The position numbers and the translations under genes are program-made. Shown here in pieces: positions 10,088 to 21,026 of a stretch of 64,000 nucleotides of DNA. Location: the NCBI GenBank assembly GCA_041891055.1, contig CP169074.1, positions 1,632,001 to 1,696,000 of the forward strand. Direction: 5' to 3'. The stretch comes from Halorutilales archaeon Cl-col2-1 (GTDB taxonomy: Archaea; Halobacteriota; Halobacteria; Halobacteriales; Afararchaeaceae). The first letter of the stretch is position 1; each line of letters begins with the position of its first letter. The notes beneath the pieces were generated by a model. That model worked only from the letters and a program-made list of their open reading frames with translations, did not search any database and was not told the origin of the DNA.

Positions 10088-10573
10088 CTAGTCGACTATA
10101 CCTTCGAGTATGTCCTCTCGCGTCACAATTCCGACGAAGTTGCCGTCGTTGTCGAGGACGGGAAGACGGTTGATGCTGTAATTCACCATGAGATGAGACG
10201 CATCTTCGACTGTGTCGTCCGCCGACGCCGTCTTGACGTCACGTGTCATGACGTCCCTCACGGGCATCTCACCTATATCTTCGAGTTCCTCCTCGATTAT
10301 GTCGTGTCTCTCTAGCCACTCTCTGAGAGGGAACGCTCTGAGGGGGAGCTCTATCGCCTCAAAGGGTGACGGAAGCCAGATGTTCTTCTCCTCCTCCTTC
10401 GTGTCTATGAGATCGAGAAGGTCAGCTTCGCTCACCACTCCGAGGACGACGTTGTCCTCTACGACGGGCATCCCGCTCACGTCGTTCTCGCGCAGACTCT
10501 TAGCCACCTCGCTCACTGTCTCGTCGGGCGAAGCCGTAACGACGTCGGTCTCCATCACCTCGCTGACCTTCAT
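10088..10573 (-). CDS. CBS domain pair protein
   Basis: Two CBS repeats (VMETDVVTASPD; VMTRDVKTASAD, RLPVLD). Confidence 0.9.
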   Translation of the reverse strand: MKVSEVMETDVVTASPDETVSEVAKSLRENDVSGMPVVEDNVVLGVVSEADLLDLIDTKEEEKNIWLPSPFEAIELPLRAFPLREWLERHDIIEEELEDIGEMPVRDVMTRDVKTASADDTVEDASHLMVNYSINRLPVLDNDGNFVGIVTREDILEGIVD

Positions 10574-10579
10574 TCTGAG

Positions 10580-11668
10580 TCAGTCAACCCTCTCGGCGTC
10601 GTCACGTACCTCGACTTCGTCGTTTGTCGAGCCGTCCGCGTCTGTCTCCATATCCGTGCCTGCACCCGTCTCTACGTCAGCGCCCTCGTCTTCCTCCTCG
10701 GTACGTGCGGCGACGAGTGCGCCCTTGGAGACGCTGTACAGGGGATCCTCTGCCTGCCTCACCCTGCTGATCGAGAAGGGTATGTCGGCGTTCGAGAGGC
10801 TCTCCTCGAAGAGCTCCTCGAATCCGCGCGGGCTCGACGTTCCTCCCGTGACGACGACGGGGACGTCAAGACCTTCCTCAATGTCCTCCTCGTCGACCTC
10901 CTCCTGTATGTTCTCGATTATGTAGTCTATGAGGTTGTTGTAGTAGATAGAGAGAGCGCCCTCGACCCCGCCGACGTCTGTTCTGAAGTCGAGCTTGAAG
11001 TCGTCTTCCTTTATAGAGGTGACCTTGTCGACGGGTGTTCCTGTCGCACTCGCCGCCTCTTCGTCTATCCAGTCGCCACCTCTCGCTATCGAGAACTTCA
11101 TCACGGGGACTGCGTAGTACGCGAGACAGACGTTCGTCATTCCCGCGCCGAAGCTTATACCTAATCCGGTGAAGTTGTGGTCGGCTAGCTCGGAGTAGAT
11201 CACAGCCATTCCCTCGTTGATCGGCTCGGGGTCGTATCCTATGTCACCGAGGAGTGATTCGAGAGTTTTCTGGTGATACAGAGTCGATATGTCGGAGTCT
11301 ATGGGATCGGCGGGGGTAGAGTAGTAGAGACGTTCGTTGTGTCTCCTCGGCTCGCCGACGACCTGTTCGGTTATGAGCTTGATCATTGGGATAGCCGACT
11401 TCTCGTCGCTCGAAAGTATTCCGTGCTGCATCGGCCGGCGCGTCTCCTCGTTAAATATATTAGCGAAGTTGAGGGCGTCGTCGCCGACTACGTAGACCTG
11501 GTCGTCCTTCCTAATGTGGAGAACATCACTTCTCGACAGCATCCGCTCCGCCATGTCGCTGTGCTCTATCTCGACGAAGGAGTTTCTCTGCTGTACGAAA
11601 GCCGTCTCGTCTCCGTCCTGGCGGGACGAGATAATGTTCATCGTCCCGACGTCCAATCCTTTTGCCAT
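10580..11668 (-). CDS. volA: Haloarchaeal actin-like protein, volactin
   Basis: [12 protein letters not shown] phosphate-1 loop, [15 protein letters not shown]; matches my recollection of haloarchaeal volactin. Confidence 0.8.
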   Translation of the reverse strand: MAKGLDVGTMNIISSRQDGDETAFVQQRNSFVEIEHSDMAERMLSRSDVLHIRKDDQVYVVGDDALNFANIFNEETRRPMQHGILSSDEKSAIPMIKLITEQVVGEPRRHNERLYYSTPADPIDSDISTLYHQKTLESLLGDIGYDPEPINEGMAVIYSELADHNFTGLGISFGAGMTNVCLAYYAVPVMKFSIARGGDWIDEEAASATGTPVDKVTSIKEDDFKLDFRTDVGGVEGALSIYYNNLIDYIIENIQEEVDEEDIEEGLDVPVVVTGGTSSPRGFEELFEESLSNADIPFSISRVRQAEDPLYSVSKGALVAARTEEEDEGADVETGAGTDMETDADGSTNDEVEVRDDAERVD

Positions 11669-11710
11669 GCTCCCAAGATACGTCTCGGGATTAATAAAAG
11701 TAACTTACAA

Positions 11711-12613
11711 TTAAGTCAGCCATCTCCTGATTTTGTCGACGAGTCCCCCGGAGTCTGTTTTTACTCCTCCCACTCCCTCCGATCCTGACTCCGCGTCTCC
11801 CTGGTTACGGAGCTGTCTGAGAGCCTCCGTCTGGTCGTCGGTGCTCCCACCTTTCGCCTCCTTTGTCTCACCTCCCTTGAGATTCTTGAGTCCCGAGACA
11901 GCCTCGTCGACAGCGGAACCCGACGCTCTCGTCTCCTCGGCGTCGACGTCAAACCCCTGTCCGCTTATCTCCGTGTCAACATCGAGGCTGAGACGTTTGG
12001 TCTCCTTCTTTTCGACTCCTCCCCACGATATCTCGGTCGTACTCATTGCCTCCTCTATGTCGCTCTCGACGTCTTCTTGTGAGACCTTGGGTCTCGTATC
12101 CGTCTCAGTCTCCGACTCTTCGGATCGTTCGCCTACCCCACGTGCCTTTTCGAGATGGTGGGCTATCAGAGCCGCTCCAGTCGACGACACCACGAGCGCG
12201 AGACCGACTGCGTAGACCGAGACAACACGCGCAGTCACAGACTGATCGACGTTGAAATTCGAAGGATAAGACGAGGCGAACATCACGACACCCACGACAC
12301 AGACAGCGGTTCCCGTGACTGCGGCGTATACGGCGCGTTTTCTCACAGGCAGGAGAACCGCTACTCCGAGCATCACTAAGGGAAGGCCCACGATAGCCAT
12401 GCTGATCGATGTCTCACGCAATGTCCAGTAGAGATCGGAGCCGACCTCGGTCGCGGTGCTCGGAAGAAAGATCACTAGACTCAGAAGACCTAGGGCTATT
12501 CCGCCGAGGAATATTCCGAAGCCTGCGTAGACATCGGTCTTGGCGTCGGGCTCGCCTATGTAACGCAGGTACCAGTCGAAGAGGACGTTGTCGGGAAGAT
12601 CGTCTCTGTCCAT
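11711..12613 (-). CDS. Four-TM membrane protein with acidic C-terminal tail (DUF7139-like)
   Basis: YLRYIGEPD..DVYAGF start, four hydrophobic helices, SWGGV motif. Confidence 0.65.
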   Translation of the reverse strand: MDRDDLPDNVLFDWYLRYIGEPDAKTDVYAGFGIFLGGIALGLLSLVIFLPSTATEVGSDLYWTLRETSISMAIVGLPLVMLGVAVLLPVRKRAVYAAVTGTAVCVVGVVMFASSYPSNFNVDQSVTARVVSVYAVGLALVVSSTGAALIAHHLEKARGVGERSEESETETDTRPKVSQEDVESDIEEAMSTTEISWGGVEKKETKRLSLDVDTEISGQGFDVDAEETRASGSAVDEAVSGLKNLKGGETKEAKGGSTDDQTEALRQLRNQGDAESGSEGVGGVKTDSGGLVDKIRRWLT

Positions 12614-12711
12614 CTGTTAGATGGAGTCTATTGCTCTGGGCGATTATTAATAGTTACGGCGGTGTGGGTCGAAATCAGTCGATTCTTGTTACTCCCCGAC
12701 GACTTAACTCC

Positions 12712-13659
12712 GTGTCACTCGTCTCTGCGTTCACGACTGCGATAGCCCCCATACTCGGTATCACGGGAGTGGGGTATCTCCTCGGAACCAGGTTTGACAT
12801 AGAAGTCGAGTCTGTAAATACTGTGGCGCTCTACTTCTTCGTTCCCGCTCTCGTCTTCCACAGCCTCGTGACTACCGACCTCGGGGGTCGTGCGGTCGCC
12901 AGCCTCTCTGTCGGAGTCGTAGCCTATGTCTTCGCAATGATGACTCTCGGCTTCGGCGCGTCGAAGATACTCGGCGAGCCGCGGTCGATCGCGAGCGTCG
13001 TCGTGCTTTCGAGTGCCTTCCCCAACTCGGGATTCATAGGCGTCCCTCTCTCTGAGTTCGCTTTCGGCGAGGTAGGACGCACTACGGCGGTTCTCTTCCT
13101 CACCGTCCAGAACCTTCTAGTCTATACACTCGGTGTCTATGTCGCTTCGTCGGGAACCGCCGACACCCGAGAGAGCCTGATCGAGATTCTGCGTCTCCCT
13201 CTAATATATGCGGTCGTCGCCGCAGTCGTCGTGAGGTACCTCGGCGTACTCCCGTCCGACTCGGTGATGGAGACGGTACGTCTCGTCGGCGACGCCTCGA
13301 TACCCCTGATGCTCACAGTCCTCGGCGTCCAGCTAGTCGACGTAGACCTCGGTAGAACGTCGCCCTCACGTATAGCCCTCCCGACGGCTCTCAAGCTACT
13401 CGTCGCACCCGCTGTCGGCTTAGTCATCGCTCTGGGGGTCGGCTTCGAAGACAGTAGGGTCGCCGATGTCTTCGTCCTCGAATCCGCGACTCCCGCAGCT
13501 ATAATACCTCTCGCTCTCACGATAGCCTACTCCGACTCCGGCGAGACTGACGGCGTTTCTCTGTCCGAGTACATGAGTACAGTGATACTCGTCACCACAG
13601 TCGGGAGCATCGTGACACTCACTCTAATCATAGCCTTCCTCAAGTCGGGTCTACTCTGA
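12712..13659 (+). CDS. AEC (auxin efflux carrier) family transporter
   Basis: PNSGFIGVPL, ASIPLMLTVLG, about 10 TM helices; start placed at GTG 12712. Confidence 0.88.
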   Translation: MSLVSAFTTAIAPILGITGVGYLLGTRFDIEVESVNTVALYFFVPALVFHSLVTTDLGGRAVASLSVGVVAYVFAMMTLGFGASKILGEPRSIASVVVLSSAFPNSGFIGVPLSEFAFGEVGRTTAVLFLTVQNLLVYTLGVYVASSGTADTRESLIEILRLPLIYAVVAAVVVRYLGVLPSDSVMETVRLVGDASIPLMLTVLGVQLVDVDLGRTSPSRIALPTALKLLVAPAVGLVIALGVGFEDSRVADVFVLESATPAAIIPLALTIAYSDSGETDGVSLSEYMSTVILVTTVGSIVTLTLIIAFLKSGLL

Positions 13660-13732
13660 GACAAAGGAACAGTATTATACTCGTCCTACACTATTACCGA
13701 CACATGACAGACCAGATCAGAGGGGATACAGA

Positions 13733-14707
13733 ATGAGCGAAATAGTAGGGACTACAGCGGGATACTTCCCGCGACCCGACTACGTCATAGAGACCCTCAA
13801 GGAGCACGAAGGACACCAGAAGGAAGGACTCGATCCCGAGGTCGAGAGACAACTCGAAGAGACATTCGACAGAGGAAGAAAGGATGTCATCGAGGTACAG
13901 GAGGATGCCGGACTCGAACTCGTGACTGAGGGACAGTTAGCGTGGGACGACATACTCGCCTTCCCCGCGACACGTATCGACGGTATCGACATGAAGGGCA
14001 TCATACGGTTCTACGACAACAACCGTTACTACCGCCGTCCTATGGTCGAGGACGAACTCGGACACTCGCAGGGTCTCACAGTCGACGAGTACGAACACGC
14101 AGTCGAGATAGCCGACTCTGAGGCGAAGGCTGTGATGGCAGGAGCCTACTCGCTCGGGGATCTCTCCGACGACGACTACTACGGAGACGAGGACGATTAC
14201 CTCGCGGGATTCGCCGACGTAGTCAACGCCGAACTCGAAGCACTCGTCGACGCGGGTGCCGAGACTATACAGCTCGACGAGCCGTCTCTCATAAACGCCA
14301 CCGACGACGACGAGATCCAGAAGGCTGTCGAGACGGTCGAGAGATCCGTCGAGGGGATCGACGCCGACGTGATAGTCAACACCTACTTCGGAGACATAGC
14401 CGACGTCTACCCCGACCTTCTCGATGCAGTCGACGGGATAGGAATAGACGTAGTCGCTGGAGAAGAAAACATAGACGCAGTCAACGAGTACGGAGCCCCT
14501 GAGAGTCTCCAGATCGGCTGTATGAACTCACGTAACACACGTCTCGAGTCAGTCGAGGAACTCGTCTCGTCTGTCGAAGATGTCTTAGACGCCGGATCGC
14601 CCGAGACCGCCTACGTCGCGCCGAGCGCGGGGCTCGACTTCCTCCCGTGGGTCGTTATGGAGGACAAGGTCGAACGTCTCGGAGAAGCAACACAGGAGGT
14701 AAGATAA
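13733..14707 (+). CDS. metE: Cobalamin-independent methionine synthase, N-terminal-half homolog
   Basis: [30 protein letters not shown]; lacks the Zn-ligand HxC. Confidence 0.8.
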   Translation: MSEIVGTTAGYFPRPDYVIETLKEHEGHQKEGLDPEVERQLEETFDRGRKDVIEVQEDAGLELVTEGQLAWDDILAFPATRIDGIDMKGIIRFYDNNRYYRRPMVEDELGHSQGLTVDEYEHAVEIADSEAKAVMAGAYSLGDLSDDDYYGDEDDYLAGFADVVNAELEALVDAGAETIQLDEPSLINATDDDEIQKAVETVERSVEGIDADVIVNTYFGDIADVYPDLLDAVDGIGIDVVAGEENIDAVNEYGAPESLQIGCMNSRNTRLESVEELVSSVEDVLDAGSPETAYVAPSAGLDFLPWVVMEDKVERLGEATQEVR

Positions 14708-15687
14708 TGTACGACGACAAGCTCTTTCCAACTACAGTAATCGGAAGCTATCCCAAGCCCAAGTGGCTCAACGCAGTGAACAGACTACACGAGGACGACG
14801 ACTTCTCCGACGAACGTCTTCAGGAGGCAGAAGATGATGCCGTCCGTGTAGTCATAGACGAACACGAGGACGCCGGAATCGACGTCCTGAGCGACGGAGA
14901 GATGCGACGTGAGGAGATGGTTGAGTTCTTCGCAGAGGAGATTCCCGGATTCGAGTTCAACGGTCCCGTACGTGTCTGGGGTAACAACTACTACGACAAG
15001 CCGAGCGTAGTCGACGACCTCGGAGAGCCGGGTCCTATGCTCGTAGACGAGTACGAGTTCGCGCGTGACGTCACGAGTGAGCTCCACGCCGTCAAGGTTC
15101 CGATCACAGGACCCTACACGATGACCGACTGGGCTTTCAACGAGGTCTACGAACGTGACGAGCTCGTGATGAAGCTCGCCGACATAATGAACGACGAGCT
15201 CAAGAGACTCGCAGACGCGGGCGCGGAGTACATACAGATAGACGAGCCCGCTCTCTCGACACGTCCCGAGGACATCGACCTCGTCAGAGAGGCAACCGCG
15301 GAGGTCGTCGACGGTCTCGACGTCGAGAAGACCTTCATGCATGTCTGTTACGGCGACTTCTCGACGATCTACCCCGACATGCTCGACTTCGAGATCGACC
15401 AGTTCGCACTTGAGTTCGCCAACAACGACTTCGAGTTCGTCGAGACTCTCAAGGAACACGAGTTCACGAAGGAGCTCGGATTCGGCTGTCTCGACGTCCA
15501 CGACGCATCGGTCGAGTCAGTCGAGGAGATAAAACAGAACATAGAGAAGGGTCTCGAAGTCGTGCCGCCCGAGGATCTCTGGGTCAACCCCGACTGTGGA
15601 GTCAAGCTGCTTCCGAGAGACGTAGCCTACCAGAAGATGAAGAACATGGTCGACGCCGCCGACGAGCTCCGAGAGGAGTACGAATAA
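14707..15687 (+). CDS. metE: Cobalamin-independent methionine synthase, catalytic half
   Basis: [28 protein letters not shown]; ATG 14707 overlaps the upstream stop. Confidence 0.92.
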   Translation: MYDDKLFPTTVIGSYPKPKWLNAVNRLHEDDDFSDERLQEAEDDAVRVVIDEHEDAGIDVLSDGEMRREEMVEFFAEEIPGFEFNGPVRVWGNNYYDKPSVVDDLGEPGPMLVDEYEFARDVTSELHAVKVPITGPYTMTDWAFNEVYERDELVMKLADIMNDELKRLADAGAEYIQIDEPALSTRPEDIDLVREATAEVVDGLDVEKTFMHVCYGDFSTIYPDMLDFEIDQFALEFANNDFEFVETLKEHEFTKELGFGCLDVHDASVESVEEIKQNIEKGLEVVPPEDLWVNPDCGVKLLPRDVAYQKMKNMVDAADELREEYE

Positions 15688-15696
15688 ATAGTTAAG

Positions 15697-16017
15697 CTAC
15701 CCCTTCTTGAATCCGATGTAGGTTCCCGCGGCGAATCCGCCGCCTATCGGAACCGCACTCGCGAGACTCGTGACATAGCCCGTGGCTTCTCCGGCGTTTG
15801 TCGCTCCCGTCGAGGTCAGGTTAGCGGTTCCGTCGGCGAGTGCGTCCCAGTTGACCGACAGGACGCCTTTCGTCTCTAAGAAACGGAAGAGGGCGAGCTC
15901 TGCACCTATTATGATCGCTATCAGCTTCGCTATCTTCTTTGTCGCATAGCCTATCACGAAGCCGAGTATACCCCCGCCTCCGAACTCCAGACCCATCTGG
16001 AAAGGATCGAGCTCCAT
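15697..16017 (-). CDS. FUN14 family membrane protein
   Basis: GGGGILGFVIGYATKK, VNW, GGGFAAG..GFKKG. Confidence 0.85.
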   Translation of the reverse strand: MELDPFQMGLEFGGGGILGFVIGYATKKIAKLIAIIIGAELALFRFLETKGVLSVNWDALADGTANLTSTGATNAGEATGYVTSLASAVPIGGGFAAGTYIGFKKG

Positions 16018-16068
16018 AACTCGGCTTCGTACCGCGTCTTTAAACTACTTTCTCATGGACATACGTCT

Positions 16069-16719
16069 ATGACGAGCTTCACCGACGACGAGATAGACTC
16101 CTTTCACCGTCTCGTGAGATCGAGACGTGACATACGGCGTTTTCGGAGCGATGAGGTTCCCGACGACGTCTTGGAGAGGATGCTCGATGCCGCCCACCAC
16201 GCCCCGAGCGTGGGCTTCTCACAGCCGTGGGACTTCGTTCTCGTCGAGGACGACGACAAGAAGTCAGAGATAAAGGACGTCGCCGAGCGTGCCATAAACG
16301 CAGCCGAGGAGGCGTACCGAGAACCCAGAAAGTCGGAGTTCGGGCGTCTCAAGCTTGAAGGCATAGAGGAGTCCCCCGTCAATATCTGTGTGACGTGTGA
16401 CCCGACGAGGGACGCTCCCCACGTCCTAGGAAGGAACTCGATGAGACGTGCCGACGTCTACTCGACGTGTCTCGCCGTCCAGAACCTCTGGCTCGCCGCA
16501 CGTGCTGAGGGAGTCGGAGTCGGCTGGGTTAGCTTCCTGTACCCCCACGAAGTCAGGGAGATACTCGGTATACCCCACCACGTCGAGCCGATCGCGTATC
16601 TGTGTGTCGGATACCCCGAGGAGTTCCCCGACGAGCCGACGTTACAGAAGGAGGGATGGCGAGAGAGGATCGACCTCGAAGACCTCGTCCACAGAGGGTC
16701 GTGGGACACGACCGACTGA
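16069..16719 (+). CDS. bluB: 5,6-dimethylbenzimidazole synthase
   Basis: RRDIRRF, APSVGFSQPW, LKLEGI, QNLWLAARAEG. Confidence 0.92.
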   Translation: MTSFTDDEIDSFHRLVRSRRDIRRFRSDEVPDDVLERMLDAAHHAPSVGFSQPWDFVLVEDDDKKSEIKDVAERAINAAEEAYREPRKSEFGRLKLEGIEESPVNICVTCDPTRDAPHVLGRNSMRRADVYSTCLAVQNLWLAARAEGVGVGWVSFLYPHEVREILGIPHHVEPIAYLCVGYPEEFPDEPTLQKEGWRERIDLEDLVHRGSWDTTD

Positions 16720-16799
16720 CGACACAGACGCCGGTACAGACACAGACAAAGGAGATTAATACCTCGGCGTCGTACTCTCCTGTGCGCGTCATAAATCCC

Positions 16800-16930
16800 T
16801 CCGTTGACTACGCACTCGCGCTGGATGAGACGGGGAGAACCCTGACGTGCGATATGCCCCGCACGAGGGTTCACCGGAGCCGACAGAGGACTACCAGAGG
16901 ATGAAGCTTCGGAGTTAGTGTACGGGGCTA
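16800..16930 (+). ncRNA. Candidate structured RNA (unassigned)
   Basis: Intergenic hairpin GAACCCT-GA-CGTGCG...CGCACG-AGGGTTC (about 16837-16873) followed by CCGGAGCCGACAG. Confidence 0.3.
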
Positions 16931-16987
16931 TACCTTACTAACTTTTCCCAGTCTTAATGTTTCACTGCTAACTATACCGACTACGGA

Positions 16988-18094
16988 ATGGGACTTCAGG
17001 AAGAGATACAGGAGATAGAGGAGGAGATCGAGAACACTCCCTACAACAAGTCGACAGAGAAACACATAGGACGTCTCAAGGCTAAGCTCTCGAAGCTCAA
17101 GGACGAGCTCGCACAGAGGGAGTCGGGGAGCGGCGGCGGTGGGGGATACAACATACCCAAGACGGGAGACGCGAGGGTCGTTCTCGTCGGATTCCCGAGT
17201 GTCGGAAAGTCGACTCTCATCAACCAGATCACGAACGCAGAGAGTGAGACGGGGTCTTACGGCTTCACTACGTTGGAGGTCGTCCCGGGTATGCTCAAGT
17301 ACAGGAACACCGACATACAGATACTCGATGTCCCGGGTCTGATAGAGGGTGCGAGCGAGGGACGTGGCGGAGGAAAGGAGATTCTGAGCGTCGTGAGATC
17401 CGCCGACCTCCTCGTCTTCATGGTTGATGTCTTCGAGCCCGAACAGTACAAGACACTCCACGACGAGCTATACGAACACGGAATACGTATAGACGCCTCG
17501 CCTCCGCGTGTCAAGATAAACAGGAAGGACAGGGGAGGCATAGACGTGAGGAAGTTCGACGACGTCGAGATAGACGACGAACTCGTCGAGAGTGTCTGTG
17601 AACAGCACGGCATAGTCAACGCGTCTGTCGTCATAAGGGAAGACGTCACAGTCGACGAACTCAACGACGCCATCCTCGACAACCGTGTCTACGTCGACTC
17701 CGCCGTCACCGTCAACAAGATGGATCTCGCCGACCCATCGACTGTCGAGAGGACACGTGAGAAGCTCTCGGAGTACGGGGTCGAAGACGCCGTCGGGATA
17801 AGCGCGAAGGAAGGCAAAGGACTTGATGCGTTCAAGGAGATGGTTTTCGAGTCGCTCGATCTCATCAGGGTCTACATGAAGCCACAGGGCGGCGACCCCG
17901 ACTACGACGAGCCGATGGTTGTCAGAGAGGGTGCTACCGTCGGTGACCTCGCCTCGAAGATACACGGCGAAGCCGAGGAGCGTTTCCGTTACGCCAAGGT
18001 CTGGGGAGACAGTGCCAAACACGACGGTCAGCAGGTCGGCGAGGATCACGTCCTCAGCGACGAGGACGTCCTCTCAGTTATAATGAAGAAGTAA
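16988..18094 (+). CDS. drg: DRG/OBG family GTPase with TGS domain
   Basis: GFPSVGKST, FTT, DVPG, NKMD, C-terminal TGS domain. Confidence 0.93.
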   Translation: MGLQEEIQEIEEEIENTPYNKSTEKHIGRLKAKLSKLKDELAQRESGSGGGGGYNIPKTGDARVVLVGFPSVGKSTLINQITNAESETGSYGFTTLEVVPGMLKYRNTDIQILDVPGLIEGASEGRGGGKEILSVVRSADLLVFMVDVFEPEQYKTLHDELYEHGIRIDASPPRVKINRKDRGGIDVRKFDDVEIDDELVESVCEQHGIVNASVVIREDVTVDELNDAILDNRVYVDSAVTVNKMDLADPSTVERTREKLSEYGVEDAVGISAKEGKGLDAFKEMVFESLDLIRVYMKPQGGDPDYDEPMVVREGATVGDLASKIHGEAEERFRYAKVWGDSAKHDGQQVGEDHVLSDEDVLSVIMKK

Positions 18095-18121
18095 AAAAGT
18101 AAGCTGTCTGACTACGCTGTA

Positions 18122-19000
18122 CTACAGAAGGCCCGCCTTCTGGAGGAGCATGAGGTCGTCGGTGTCGAGTGTCTCGCCCTCCTTGAACTTCTCGTAGACC
18201 TCGCGCGCCTGTTCCTTCGCGACTTCCTTTTCCTTCTCCTTCTCGGATTTCTTCTCTTTCTCCTCCTTCTTGTCGAGCTCACGGAGGCGTTTCTGAACCT
18301 TCACGAAGTTCTCGTGGTGCTCGTCGGCGGCTTCCTGAGCCTCGACGAAGCTCTCGTGCATTTCGTCGGCTTCCTCACGCACCTCGTCAGCCTTCCTGTA
18401 CGCCTCTATCATCTTGTCGTGGTGCTCCTGGGCGTCGTCGGCGGCTTCGAGAACCTTCTCGTGAGCCTCACTCGCCTTCTCACGTGCTTCCTCGGCTTCC
18501 TCACGTATCTCGTCTATGTCGCCTGTGTCCTCCAGCTTCTCCTTCTTCTTGTTGTACTTCTCGCGGAGGTTCTCTATCTTGTCTATGAGCTCGCTCTCCT
18601 CGTCGGACTCGAGAACCTCTGTCTGCTGTCTGAACTCAAGCTTCTCTATCTTGTCCTTGAGCTCCTCGAGAGACTCGTCGTCGTCCATGTCGAGCTCCTC
18701 CTTCTTCTCCTCAACCTCGTCGAAGAGCTCGTTAGCCTTCTCGTTGAGCTCGTTCCTCTTGTCCTTGTACTCCTGAACCTTCTCGTTGAGATCGTCTCTC
18801 TTCTCACGGTGCTCCTGAGCCTTGTCGACAAGGTCACGAGCCTTCTCGTTGAGCTCGTTCCTCTTTGAGGCTCTCTCACTCGCAGTCGAGTTGAGCTCGT
18901 TCCTGCGGTCTCTCAGCTTACCCGCGAGCTTGATCAAGTCTCCCTTGTTCTTGTTCTGAATCTCTTCTTCGTCTACTTCGATTGTTTCTATCTCAGACAT
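18122..19000 (-). CDS. Conserved archaeal coiled-coil protein (COG1340-like)
   Basis: Heptad E/K-rich sequence, KRNELN repeats, LEFRQQT, terminal GETLDTDDLMLLQK. Confidence 0.8.
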   Translation of the reverse strand: MSEIETIEVDEEEIQNKNKGDLIKLAGKLRDRRNELNSTASERASKRNELNEKARDLVDKAQEHREKRDDLNEKVQEYKDKRNELNEKANELFDEVEEKKEELDMDDDESLEELKDKIEKLEFRQQTEVLESDEESELIDKIENLREKYNKKKEKLEDTGDIDEIREEAEEAREKASEAHEKVLEAADDAQEHHDKMIEAYRKADEVREEADEMHESFVEAQEAADEHHENFVKVQKRLRELDKKEEKEKKSEKEKEKEVAKEQAREVYEKFKEGETLDTDDLMLLQKAGLL

Positions 19001-19316
19001 GTCTGATCACTCTGTTCTTATATGTTTGTCTGCGGTACACATCGGCGTAGCTGTTCGTGTCTGTGCTCGTACGTAACGTGTGGGTAGAACAGTCTCCCCT
19101 CAGTCTGGTCTGTATCCGCGTCAGCTCCAGTTATACGAGAACGTGTCGTGTTCATCTATCTATGCGCCGAACGTGTTCCGTTCTACACCAGTATAAACGT
19201 CTTGTGACTTTAAAAGTTTCGCATACTAATAGTGTGAAAAGAGTTGCCATGAGGACTGTTATTACCTCACACATCCACTCGAAAAGAGATATACTGTCTC
19301 GGAACTACGTTACGGT

Positions 19317-19736
19317 GTGTCGAGACTCACGAAGAGGGCTTTTCGCGTCTTAGTCCTCGAACTCGTCGTAGCTCTCGTCTTCGTAGCCGTCTTCGTCGGA
19401 GCACCCGGATTAGTCGCAGACAGACTCGGCGAGCACGCCGAGATACGTGTCGTGAACCGGGACACCGTCCCCCACAGTATCGATATCTCTGTCGAGACAG
19501 CCTCCGAAACCGTGATCTTCGATAGGTCTTACACGGTCTCCTCAAAGTCGTCTGAACACACCGCAGACACGAGAGTAGGACCGGGTAGCTACGTCCTCAC
19601 CGTCGAGTCGGACGTCTCGGAACGCGTCACACGTAACTTCGAGGTCGACTGTAACCCGACCGTAGTAACCATAGTAGTTTCCGAATCACAGAGTACGAGA
19701 GACAGAACCGATGTCCGTCTGACTCGAGCCTGCTAA
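19317..19736 (+). CDS. Hypothetical membrane-anchored protein
   Basis: N-terminal TM helix, Ig-like beta-rich remainder. Confidence 0.55.
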   Translation: MSRLTKRAFRVLVLELVVALVFVAVFVGAPGLVADRLGEHAEIRVVNRDTVPHSIDISVETASETVIFDRSYTVSSKSSEHTADTRVGPGSYVLTVESDVSERVTRNFEVDCNPTVVTIVVSESQSTRDRTDVRLTRAC

Positions 19737-20989
19737 AGTATGTAGGGAGCCGCGGCTCCCACTCCACCTCCGAGTGCCGCCGTGAAGTTGACACCCGTGT
19801 TGTCCATAAGACGCCCTTCGACTGTCGCTCCGAGTACCGAGTCGATGTGTGCACCTACGACGCCGCCGACTACGACGAATCCAGCCGTCTCTACGGGAAC
19901 TACGCCGAGAGCCGACGAGAAATACGCGACCAAGACGCTCGCTGCGACAGTCACCACCTCTCCCTGAACTGTCACACCGCCGTCAGTGCCCGGGGGAACC
20001 TTCTCGAACGTGGTTATCAGACGTGGTGTCTCGTGAACTGAGCCGATCTCACTCGAAAGCGTGTCGGCGGTCGCGGTCGCTAAGCTTCCCGCGAAGACGA
20101 GTTTCGATATCTCCGCGGTTGGGGATCCGAGGTCGAGACCGAGAGCAACGACGGCTACGAGACCCACGGCAGAGTTAGCTAGAACGTTAGTAGCTCCTCG
20201 CGCCCCGCCATTCTCCTCCGCGACGCCGAGATCTATCTTGTCGTTGTATCTGTACCTCGTAGACGCCGCTCCGAGGACGAAGAAGAGCATAAGCACGCCG
20301 AGCCATCCGAAGCCTCCGACCACCGAGGTAACGAAGCCAACGACTGTTCCCATAAGTGCCCCTGTGACGCTCGCGGCTCCCATATAGTACGAGACTACTC
20401 CGAAGGCTGTGACTACGACGAAGGCAACCCCAAGATCCGTTCCCGCAATCTCGGTTTCGAGACTGTGTGTGACCCAGACCGCTGCGGCTGAGCTTACCGC
20501 CATGTACGATGTGTTGCCTCTACTGAGTCTCCGTTTGCCCTCCGACAGACCGAATCCGACCGTCGCCGCTACGAGAACCCCCACGGACACTACGAAGAAA
20601 GCCTCCGAAGTAGATACTCGGATAGGCGAGACGACGACTCCCCAGACGCCCGCTCCGACCCCCGCAGTTACGAAGGCTACGGGAGACCAGACGCTCTTTC
20701 TCCCCAGAGACCGAACCGCGAAGTCGCCGGCTACGACTCCGAGTATAGAGGCGGTGACTCCGATCCGAGTCAGACCTAGGAAGTAGGACAGAAGGGCTAT
20801 TCCGAACGCGGCGAATCCGAGGGACATGATGTCGTCGGTTACTTGGGTTTCCCAAGACGGAGACCTCGACGCGAAGCCCGCGAAGCCTATGAGAGCGAAC
20901 GGAAGGAGAGACAGCTTTCCAAGATAAGGTGATACGAGTCCCAAGACCCCGATAACAGCGTACAGTCGTGTCTTGGGAGGCAAGCGCAT
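19733..20989 (-). CDS. DUF92/TMEM19 family membrane protein
   Basis: NVLAN, ATADTLSSEIG, PRLITT...PGTDGGVT, DSVLGAT motifs. Confidence 0.9.
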   Translation of the reverse strand: MRLPPKTRLYAVIGVLGLVSPYLGKLSLLPFALIGFAGFASRSPSWETQVTDDIMSLGFAAFGIALLSYFLGLTRIGVTASILGVVAGDFAVRSLGRKSVWSPVAFVTAGVGAGVWGVVVSPIRVSTSEAFFVVSVGVLVAATVGFGLSEGKRRLSRGNTSYMAVSSAAAVWVTHSLETEIAGTDLGVAFVVVTAFGVVSYYMGAASVTGALMGTVVGFVTSVVGGFGWLGVLMLFFVLGAASTRYRYNDKIDLGVAEENGGARGATNVLANSAVGLVAVVALGLDLGSPTAEISKLVFAGSLATATADTLSSEIGSVHETPRLITTFEKVPPGTDGGVTVQGEVVTVAASVLVAYFSSALGVVPVETAGFVVVGGVVGAHIDSVLGATVEGRLMDNTGVNFTAALGGGVGAAAPYIL

Positions 20990-21026
20990 GTAGAAGCTAT
21001 ATAAGCCGTCGCACTTTATAATTCCG

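Noticed and set aside
13733-15687. Split MetE as a novelty
   Set aside because: Two-gene MetE arrangement is common in haloarchaea
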